Below, one piece after another: positions 54,101-64,000 of a stretch of DNA of 64,000 nt (its first letter is position 1; the number at the start of each line of letters is the position of its first letter). The position numbers were made by a program, and so were the translations under genes. The DNA is from Rhizaria sp. SCN 62-66 (Eukaryota), in NCBI GenBank assembly GCA_001724265.1, contig MEDY01000113.1:1-64000 (forward strand), given 5' to 3'. The notes beneath the pieces are model-generated. The model was given only the letters and a program-made list of their open reading frames with translations. It did no database searches and was not told where the DNA came from.

Positions 54101-57100
54101 GCGCGCGCTGCTGACCCAGCGCACGGCCGTGTTCGCGTTTCTCGCGCACCCGATCGACGCGGCCGCCACGGCCACCGCGCTGCCGGGGCTAGTGCCCGTG
54201 CTTGCGCGTGCCATCCCGCCGCCGCCGCGCTCCGCAGCCACGGCCAAGTCTGCCGCCGCCAGGGCGATGGCCGCGGGGGCGTCGGCGTCGGCGTCCGCTG
54301 CGAACCCAGGCTCGTACGCGTACGGCGTGTCAGGGTCGAGGCCCAGCACCGCGCAGGCCGCCGCGCGCGCCGCAGCCGCCGCAGCCGCGGGCGCCTCAGC
54401 GACCACCACGGCCGCCGCCGCAGCCGCAGCCGCCGCAGCCTCGGCGCCGGCGGGCGTGAGCGACGCGGAGCTGCTCGAGGACCTGGGCCTGGCGCCCGCA
54501 CCGCCGCGGTCCGCCGCCGCCTCGGCCGCGCTGTCCCGACCCGACTACGCGTACTCTGACCCGCAGTCGTTCCTGCTTGCGCACCCAGCGCGCATCACGC
54601 CCGCAGCGCGCGCGCTCTCGCTCAACCCGCAGCTGCAGCCTGCCTTCCAGCGCGCCTTGCAGCGCAACCGCCTTGCACGCGCGATCGGGGCCGCGCGCGC
54701 GCCCGGCGCCGTTGCCTCTGCGGCATCCACGGCGACGGGCGCCGTGGATGGCCCGGACGCCGGCGCCGGCGGGCTGTCGGGTTCGGAGGCGCTTGCGGTG
54801 GCGCTGGCGGACCGGTACTTCAGCGCCGTGCACGCCGCGGTCGCCGACGCGGGGCCCCGGGCCGCGGCGGCCACGGCGGCGGCGCGCGCGGTTGCCCGGG
54901 CCCGGCGCGTCGACACTAGCGCGCCTGTCGCCGCTGCCGACATCAACGCCAACAACAGTACTGCAGCTGGGAGCGAAAACGCATCCAACGGCAGTGTCGC
55001 GCGCACGCGCACGCGCCGCGCTGCCGGCAACGACGACAGCACACCGGCCGACCCTGCGACTGCACGCGGCAAGTCCCAGCCGCCGGCGCGGTCGCCAAGC
55101 CCCGGCCGCCGCAACCGCGCCCGCGGCGCCGGCGCCCCTAACAACAACAGCGCCGTGTCTGCTGCCGCGCTGGCCGAGTACACGGCGTCCCCGTGCGCGG
55201 GCGCCGTGGCGTCGCCGGGGTGGTCCGCGCTGACGCTCTACGTCGAGGGCGCGCGCCGGCTGGCCGCGGGCGACGTGCGCGGCGCCGCGCTGGCCTGGGC
55301 CGCGGCGCTGGCGCTGCAGCCGCAGTTCTGCCCCGTGCTGACCGAGGCGCTGCTCGTGGTTGAGGGCGCGCGCACGGGCGCGCGCGTGCGCGACATTCGC
55401 GGCCCGCGGCCCAACTCGCGCGTCAGCAGCGCCGTGGCCAGCGCGGCGGCCATCACCGCGGCGCAGGCAGCCTCGGCGGCGTCGGTGCGACCGCCGCAGC
55501 ACACGCTGCTCATGACCATCTTTGCGCCCACGCAGGCGCCGCTGGTCGTGGCCTCGCTGTTTGCGCGCGCGCAGTTCTACGCCGACGCGGGCGGCTCCGA
55601 GGACGCCGCCTTCGCGGACCTCTCGCTACTCACTTCGCTGGCCTCGCTGTCAGACGCGCTGTGGCGCCGCGCGCTACTGCTGCTGCGCCGCGGGCGCGCG
55701 CGCGCTGCGATCGGCGACCTCTCGGCCGCGGTGGCAATGGTGCGACAAGACAAGGAGCTGACGCTGCCGTCGGGGCAGCGCGTGCGCACGCAGAGCGACT
55801 ATCACGTGCTGCAGATGCTGCAGCGCAAGCTCGAGGCTTACCTCCTGCTGCGCGCGATGCTGCGCTTTAAGCTGCTCGACTACGCGGCCGCCGAGGCCGA
55901 CGCCGGCGAGGTCATTGCTTCGGCGCGCGCCTTCATCCCCGTCGCCGCCGCGGCCGCCACGCTCTTCGGCGGCGGCACCGCGCTGGGCTCCCCCGCTGCG
56001 GGCGCTGCGGCGGCGGCCGCGGCGTCGCCCGCGCTGCCCGCCGCGCACCGACTGCGCTCGCTGTGCAGCTCGCACCTGGACGACTGGGAGAGCGCGCTGG
56101 AGGACCTGCAGGCATATCTGCGGCTGCAGCCCTACGATCTGGGCGCCAAGCTGCGCCTCGTGCACATGCTCTCGCTCACGCGCAGCTTCACCGCCGCGCA
56201 CAACACACTCAAGCAGCTCCTCGCCGCCGCGCCGCGCTCGCCCGCGCTGCTCTTTGCGCGCGGCCTGACTTTCTACCGCCAGCAGCGGTGGCAGCGCGCG
56301 CAGGCGTGCTTCGTGTCGTGCCTTGCCACCGCGCCCGGATTCGTCGAGGCGCGCGCGCGGCTCGCCGAGTGCCTCGAGCGCCAGGGCCAGCTGCGCCGCG
56401 CCGCTGCCGTGTACAAGCAGATCATCGCCGCCGCCGCGCCAGACACGCTGCCTGGCATGCACCGTGCGCTCGCGCGCGTGCTCATCGGGCTCGCGCAGCT
56501 GTCCTACGCGGCAATGTCGGCGCGCTCGGCGGCCGCTGCGACGGTCGCGGTCGCCGCGGCCGGCAGCAGCGGCGGCGTCGGCGGCAGCAACGCTGCTGGC
56601 GAGTTTGGCGGCAGCAGCAGCAGCGGTAGCAGTAGCAGCAGTACTCTCGGCGCGAACGCGCGTCCCAGCGACCGCCCTTGTGGCGACGCCGCCGCTGAGG
56701 CCAGCGTCGAGGCCGAGCTGGTCTCGGGCGTCCGCACGCACCTGCTGCTCGCCGTTTCCGCGCTCAAGATCGCCGTCGTCGCCGACGCCAACGACGCTGA
56801 GGCGCTGTTCTTGCTGTCCTACGCCACCGTCTTCCTTTCCGGCTCCGCCACCGCGGCCGCCGACGCCGCGGCGCGGCCGTGGCTGACCCGCGCAGTCGCT
56901 CTCGCGCCCGCGCACGTGTCGGCGCGCGTGCTGCTGGCCGTCGTGCTGACCCGCGCCGGCGACCGCGCGCGCGCCGCCGTGGAGCTGCAGGGCGCGTTGC
57001 AGCGCGACCCCGATCACCCCACAGCGCTGCTGCTGCGCGGGTTTCTGCACTTCCTCGACGGCGACGCCGCTCGCGCGCTGGCGCGGTACACGCGCGTGCT

Positions 57101-60100
57101 AGAGCTGCCCGTCGCCGTGCCCGTCGCGCCCTCCGCCGCCGCGGCAAGGCGGCCGCAGCGCGCCGGCGGTGGCGCAGGGGTGTCGTCCTCTTCTGCTGCT
57201 GCTTCCGCCGGTGCAGACTGGGCGGACGACGACGACGACACGATCTCGATGCCACAGCACCTTGCGCCCTCGCGCACCGTGCTCTCCGCCTTTGCGCTCA
57301 ACGGCACCGGTGGCAGCGGCGCTGGTGGTGGCGCTGGCTCCGACGCCGCCGCCCTTGAGGCCGCAGCCGACGCCGCCGCAGCCGACGGCGACGCGGGCTC
57401 ACTGGCACGCGACCCGGTGCAGCTGGCGCTCGCGCTCGCGGCCGGCGTGCGCGCGGGCGTGCTGGCCCACGGGCCCGCGCAGGCCACGCGCGTGGGCCTG
57501 TCGCAGGCTCTGCGCGCGCTGGCCTACGCCAACCGCGGCCTTGCGCTGCTGACGCTGGGGCAGCACACGCACGCGCTCGTCTCGCTCGAAAACGCCATCG
57601 AGCTCGCCGCGGGGCTCGCCCCCGGCGGCGTCGGCGCCGTGCGCTCGCTCGGCTCGGCCGCCGCGGGCGGCGTTGACCCCGCGGCCGCGGCCATCTCGGC
57701 CGGCAAGCTCTTCCCGGGCGCTGCGGCTGCGATCACGGGGCCCGCAGCGGCCGCGGGTGCGCTTGCTCGATTGTTTAGGGCGGAACTGCACCGCCGCATG
57801 GGACTTGGAGAAGAAGTACGTTCATGTCAACAATTATTAAACGAAACGTTCTAAGTATTAAAACAAAGTAACTCCTCCTTTTTATGAAAATAACTAACTT
57901 TTATATCAAACTGCCTCTTCTTGACTTGTTTTCACTCTTTCAGGCTGTCGCGGACTACCGCACGGCGATCCTGCTGCTGCGCCGCGAGGCCTCTCTGGCC
58001 GAGAGCGAAGTCATGCGCGTGCGCGCCGAGACCGTGCGCACGCTCGCCGCGGGCGCGCCGGCGCTGCTGGCGCACAACCGCGGCGCGGCCGTCGTGCGCA
58101 GCGTGCTCGCTGCGGACGAGTACGCGCGCGGCGCCGCCGTCACCAGCAACGGCGCCGACGACGCACCTGCCGGCAACAACGGCGGCACCAGCGCGACCGC
58201 GCAGGGCGAGCAGTGGTGGTGGGCGCTGCCGCTGGCGCGCGCGCCCGCCGCGCTGTCCGCACGCGCGGCGGTCGAGGGCGCGCCCACCTCGGCCGTGCGC
58301 CGCGCGCAGGCCATGCTGCTGGGGCTTCTCACCGCGGCAGGGCTGCCGCGCGCCGCCGCGCCCGCCGCCGGGGCCGAGCGCGACCTGCTGCTGCTGCACC
58401 ACCGCAACCAGGCCTCCGGTCTACACTCACAGTCACATTCACAGTCATCTGTGCAACAGCAGCAGCGGTTTGGCGCCCCGCTGGCGCAGGCCGACGGTGC
58501 GCTGCCCTTCACCACCGCGGCCAGCGGCAGCGCGCAGTCCTCGGTTGCCGCGGCCGCAGCAGCCGCCGCGGCCGCCGCGGGCTCCACAGGCGCGCTGTCC
58601 CTGGCCTCGCCAGTGACATCGCCGACCAACTCCGCCGGCGCAGGTAGCGCGGCCGCGGGCACGGGCGCCGGTGCGCGGGCCCGCGTTGGCGCGCTGTCGC
58701 CGGCGGGCGCGCTGGTGCAGCGCGTGGTCGCGGCTGCGTGCGCGGCGCAGGAGCTGGCGCACCTCTGCGACCCCGCCGCGCAGCCGCCCTCGGTAGTCTT
58801 GGCGCAGTCACGCGCGTCGCTGCACCTCGTACTCGCGGGCGCCGACGCCGCCGCGCCTGCTCCGGGCGCCGAGAGCGAGCAGCAGAGGCAGAGGCCGTAC
58901 AGCGGCGCGCGGCCCGCGGCGGCCAAGACGCCCTTGGCGGCGCGGCCGGAGCAGCAGAAAAGCAAGAAGACCACAGGTGGCGGCTGGGCGCCGTGGAGCG
59001 GCGTGGACGCCGTGGCCGCGGCCGCCGCAGCCGCCGCCGCCGCGGCCGAGGCGCTGGGCTCGCTATCGACGCACCTGAGCAGCGCGGCCAAGGCTCTGCC
59101 ACCCGCGATGGCGTGGCTGGCCCCGGCGCTCTCGATGACCCCGCGCGCCGCCGCCGCGCTCGTCGCCGTGGCCGCTCTGCCGCAGCTCGCGGGGGAGCTC
59201 GCCGCCGCGGGCTCGGCCGCTGCGATGACCGCGCTCGCCGGCAACAGCCACAGCAGCAGCGGGAACGACGCGGCGGGCTCGGCGCCCGGACTGCACCGCA
59301 TGTTGTCGCCGCTGTCGCCGCACGCGGGCCCCCGCGCGGCGCCCTCGCTGTCCGCGGGCTCCGTCGGCGACAGCGCGTCCGCGGGCAATGGCACCGGCAA
59401 CGGCAGCGGCGGCGGCAGCGGCGGCGCGGGCCCCGTGACGCCGCTGCTGGGCTCGCTGGTGTCGCCCTCCAAGGCCGGCGCGCGCAGGCTCGCGCAGGTG
59501 ACCGCGGCTGCCGACGCGCCCTCCGCCCAGTCGCAGTCTCAGCTGCAGTCGCAGGGACAGGGACAGAACGGAGGCGGCGTGACCGCGGGCCAGGCACTGA
59601 CGCTGGCGCTGGGCCAGACGCCGTCGTCGTTTCCGTCGCTCTCGGCGCTGTCGCTGGCGCTGACGCCGCTGCCGCACGCGCAGTCGCCGCTGACGCCGGC
59701 CTGGGTGGCGCTGTCCCCGGGCTTCTGGGACCCCGCCGCAGTGACGGATCCCGCGCTGCCCGCGCCGCGCTCCTTCATCGCCGGACTCTCCGGCGTGTCG
59801 GGCAACGACGTCGCGCTGTTCCACAACGCGCTGGGCGTGCTGCTCTTCTACACGCGCCGCGCGCAGGCGCTTGCCTCCGCCACGGCCTTCTCGCGCACCG
59901 CGCTCACCGTCTGGAAGGGCGGCCCCGCGCCCCCCGTAGCGGCGAACGTGAACACGGCCATCGCGGCTGCGGCCGCGGTCTCACCCGCCGCTGCCGCTGC
60001 CGCCGCCGCCGCGGCGACCGCCGCCGCCGCGTCCGCCGCGGTGGCCGCGTCGCTGCGGCAGTCGTCCGCAGCGTGGGTCTCCGACGACCGACTGACGGTG

Positions 60101-63100
60101 CGCGAGCTGCAGCGGCGGCACCACGCCGCGGTGCCTTACACGCGCGAGGCCGCGACGCAGGCCGCGATGGCCGTACGCGCCTCGGACCTGGCCGAGCGTG
60201 AGCGCGCGCACTCGCAGTCGCTGAGCAGCGGCGGCGGCGCTGCAGGCAGCTCCAACTCGGACGAGACGCTTGCGTGCTTCTCCGCCGCGCGCTCGCTCCT
60301 CAACGCCGGGCTGCTGCTGCTCGAGGGCGGGAAGCTGCTCGAGGCGCTGCACCAGTTCGAGCTCGCGGTTGCCGACGCCGCCAGCGCGCTCGGCACCGCC
60401 GTCGTGACGGCGACGGGCAGCGGCTACACGCGCGGCAGCGGCCGCGCCGCGGCCGGCCACGGCAACAGCGGCGGCAGCGGCGGCGGCGGCGACCACCACT
60501 CGCTGGTGGGCATGACGGCGCAGACCGCGGCGGCCGTCAACGCCGCCGCCGTCATGGCGTCCACGTCAGCGGCCGCCGCGCTGCCGCACCCGGCCAGCGC
60601 GAGCAGCAACAGCAACAGCAGCGCCAACTCCGTCGCGGATACGCCTCTGGGCGGCGGGTACAGACCCGTCAACAGCAACAACAACAACGGCAGCGGCAAC
60701 GGCGGCGCTGGCGGCGCGGCGTGGGGCGCCCCCACGACGGCGGCCGCGCTCCCGGGCTCTGCGGCCGCGTCACCAGCGGCCGCGCGCACGCTGCTGCTGC
60801 GCGCGCGCAACAACCTCGCTGTGGTGCTCGAGCGGCTTAACTTTGTGCCCGAGGCGTTGCGCGAGCTGACGGCCGCGGCGGCGCTGGAGCCGTACCCGGG
60901 CGTGGCGTCGTTCAACCTGGCCACGATGGAGGCGCGCGCGGGCCGGCACTATGACGCCGTGCTGCTGTACACGCGGCTCATTGAGCGGTGCGACGAGCTT
61001 TGCATCCGGCCCTGCGACGACATGGGCAACGTCAACGCGCTCAAGGGGCGCAGGCGCACGCTCTACAGCAACAGCAGCAGCAACAGCAACAGCACCACGC
61101 CTGTTGCGACCGCGGCAGCCGCCGCGACGGCGGGCGCTCCCGCTTGCACCTCACTGGTGGCCGCCTCTGCCGCGACGAATGCTGCTGCAGCCGGCGCAGC
61201 GTCGTCGCCGCAGCTGCTGTCACTGCTGGCGCCCGCGCCGTGGGACTCGCTGTCGCAGGAGCCCGTCGGGGTCGGCGAGGGCGACGACGCATCCTCCTCC
61301 GCGCTGCCACCCGACGCCGCCGCCGACGCCGCTGCCGCCGCTGCGGGCGCACTGTGCTTCGACGACGATGCGCAGGAGCGCGCGGCACTGACGGAGCTGC
61401 TGCCGCTGGCGGTGCTGAACCGTGCCGTGTGCTACCAGCTGCTGTACGAGCTGGCCGTCGCTGCGCGCGGGTTCGAGGAGGCGCTGGAGCTGGCGCCCGG
61501 GTTCACACTCGCGGTGTACAACCGCGCGCACCTGCACCTGCGCCGCGGCGACGTCGCGGCCGCGGTGCAGGACGTGCTGCGAGCGCTCAAGGAGCTCGTG
61601 CCCGCGCAGGACATCGCGCGCGCGGCGACTGCGACGCGCTCCGCTCTCGCCGCGCCCGCACTCACGAACGCGGCCTCCGGTGGCAGCGCAACGAGCGCTG
61701 TCACCACCAAGACGGGGTTCCGCGCTGGCAGCGGCGTGTCTGCTGCGGCGGCCAACGTGCTCTCGGCACTACCCGCGCCCGTGTCGTCCGCGCTGCACGC
61801 CTTCCTGGTCGCGACGCCGGGTGACGCGATGGGCCGCGAGCGCGCGCTGCGGGCGCTGGGCGACGTGATCACGGCGTCGCGCGCCACCATTGCGCGTGCG
61901 CCCACGGTGCCCGCGCCGCGGTACCTGCTCGAGCTGTACCAGTACTGCCAGCGCTGCCAGTGGGCGCTCGCAGTCGCGTGCAAGGACCTCTCCGCCGCGC
62001 TGCAGGTGCTGCCGCTGTACAACGTCGTGCTGCACAGCGACAGCACCAAGTACAACGAGCAGCGGCTCCGTGTGCGGGCGCGCGCGCTTGCTCGCGCGGG
62101 CTGCGGCGCGCGGCAGCGCTCCATCGCGGCTGCCGCCGCTTCCTCCGCTGACGCCGCAAACAGTCATAATACTGCCGGTGGTGCTGAGAGCGGAGAGGGC
62201 AACGCCGTTGGCAGCGGCGGCGACGACTGCGACGGGGACGACGACGGCGAGAGCGCTGAGCAGCTCAACGCCGGGTGGTACACGCACTACCTCACCGAGG
62301 CGACGCTCGTCCGCGCGCCCGCGGGCGGCGGCGCGGCCGAGGCAGGTCCCAATGTCGCCGGCCGGGAGCCCCCCGCGGCGCTGGCGGCGCGCGTGCGGCG
62401 GCTGCACGCGCTGCAGCAGCGGCGCGAGCGCAACGTCAACGCGGCCGCGCGCGCCGCACAGCTGGAGACGTCGCGGCGCTTCTACGCGTCGATGTTCTAC
62501 GCGCTGCTGCACCGCAACGCGCGCGGCGAGTCCACCACGGCCACCAGCGCCGCCGCGCAGTCTGCCGCGGCCACGGCCGCCGCGCGCGTTGCGGCCGTCA
62601 CCGGCGCGAGCAACGATAGCACGGGCGCGGCGGCGGGCACGGCGTCGTCCGCGCTGCCGTCGCACCTGCCGCCGCCGCTGACGCCGCCAGACGCGTTCGA
62701 CCCGTTCCGGCTCGCCGACCTCTCCTCGGCCGAGCTGCGCGCGGTTGAGGAGGTGCTGCTGCAGCTGGGCGTGGACCCCGCGCTGCCCGACGGCGCCAAC
62801 ACCGCCGCCGCGCTCACCGCGCACCTCACCGCGACGTACTGCGACGACACTGCCGACAGCGCCGGTGCCGGCGACGGTGAGACCGACACTGAGGCCGAGG
62901 CCGGCGTGCGCGCGCACCGCTTCCTCTTCACCGGCGGCCTCACCGCGATCGAGTGGGCCCCCGAGGCGGCCGCCGTCGCCGACTGCCTGCTCGCTGCGCT
63001 GTCTGCGCAGGTCGCGGGCCGCTACGCGCGCGCGCTGCGGGCGCTCGAGCGCGCACAGGCGCACTTCCCGCTTGTGCGTCGCCTGCCGCCGGTGCTCGGC

Positions 63101-64000
63101 GCGCTGAGCTGGCGCGTGGAGACGCTCGTGGCGCTGTGGCGCCAGGGGCTACTGGTGGCCGCGGGGCGCTTCGACGACGCCGCCGACGCCGTGCTGTCGC
63201 GCGTGTCAATCCTCAGCACGTCGTCGATCGCGCAGGCGCTGCGCGAGGTCGAGGAGGAAGCCGAGGTGCGGCGCCGCGTGCGCGAGGGCGCGAGCGCCGA
63301 CGCCGCTATCGAGGCCTCTGGCAAGGCCAGCTTCGCCGCGCTCGACACGGCGTCTGCGCGCGCGCTGCAGACGAGTAGCGAGGTCCGCAGCGTGCTGCTG
63401 AACGCGCGCGCCGCGGCGCAGGCCGGCGCGTCAGGGGCTGCGCTTATGGCGGGCGGCTTGGGCGCTGGCTCTGCCGCTGGTGCGGGTGGAGCCGGCACCG
63501 GCAGCGCTCAGATGCGCACGCGCGGGCTCGGCATGATTGACGTCACCGCGTCTCTGTCTTCGACGCGCGGCGCCAGTGCTGCGGGTTCTCACGGCACCGG
63601 CGCGGCTGGGAGCGACGCCATGTCCCCGCGCGAGGTGGACCTGGCGCTCTCTGTCGAGGGACTCAAAGAGCGACTGCGGCAGAAGCGGCAGCGCCCGAGT
63701 CGTCTCGCGGCCATGACGGGCCGGCGCCGCGTGTTCGACTCGTTTTTGCTCAACATCGCCGGAAACATCCACCAAGCGCGCGGCCACGCCGACGATGCAT
63801 TCCGGTGCTACCAGCTCGCCATCGGGCTCGACCCGTCGAGCATCTACCCCGTGATGAACCGCGCCGTCCTGGCGTCGGCGCAGAGCAGGTACGTGCTTGC
63901 GCTGCGCCACTACCAAACGCTGTTAGAGCTCTACACGCAGTACTACATCAAGCAACACAAGATCGCGGTCGCCAAGCTCCCCGCTGCCGCGAACGCTGCA
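48120..64000 (+). CDS. Giant TPR-repeat protein (>5,100 codons), 3'-truncated, containing one in-frame TAG at 49125-49127
   Basis: Exons 48120-50305, 50489-57815 and 57944->64000; introns GTACGA...CACAG (phase 2) and GTACGT...TTCAG (phase 0). Many TPR-like units (ALALLHDANALAPHDPTLLLQLGALY, LFARGLTFYRQQRWQRAQACF, AYANRGLALLTLGQ, AVYNRAHLHLRRGD, NIAGNIHQARGHADDAFRCYQLAIGLDP) separated by Ala/Ser/Asn-rich inserts. Whether 48120-49127 is translated with the rest depends on how the TAG is handled. Confidence 0.78.

Noticed and set aside
65-63916. Hundreds of long overlapping antisense or alternative-frame ORFs in the track (Arg/Ala/Pro-rich)
   Set aside because: Shadow ORFs caused by extreme GC content and C/G-ending codon bias of the real genes; no recognisable domains.

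Overview
Gene-dense eukaryotic nuclear DNA, most likely from a flagellated protist (inference from MNS1, TTC12 and a dynein roadblock light chain). Coding exons are very GC-rich. Introns (124-225 nt) and intergenic spacers are short and AT-richer. I reconstruct 15 protein-coding genes, 13 complete and 2 truncated by the window edges: DYRKP-type kinase, MNS1, a large coiled-coil protein with a QRICH2/C16orf96-like C-terminal motif, a secreted Pro-rich protein, a 4-TM protein, a Chk2-like FHA kinase, a bacterial-type GNAT, a TMEM189/CarF-family desaturase, TTC12, FANCM/Mph1, a PNUTS-like PP1 regulator, a 4xCBS protein, a cytochrome b561-like membrane protein, roadblock/LC7, and a giant (>5,100 codon) TPR protein. 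The most striking anomaly is a single in-frame TAG (49125-49127) inside the otherwise continuous first exon of the giant TPR gene, in a window where none of the 13 complete genes ends in TAG (9 TAA, 4 TGA). This raises a testable hypothesis of UAG reassignment or readthrough; an atypical 66-nt intron, a nonsense allele or a sequencing error are not excluded. Also notable: a GTACG-dominated 5' splice site (12 of 14 introns), two possible bacterial-derived genes, and inverted-repeat-rich islands in divergent promoters. No tRNA, rRNA, CRISPR array or mobile element was recognised. Family assignments rest on motif recognition from memory, not on database searches.
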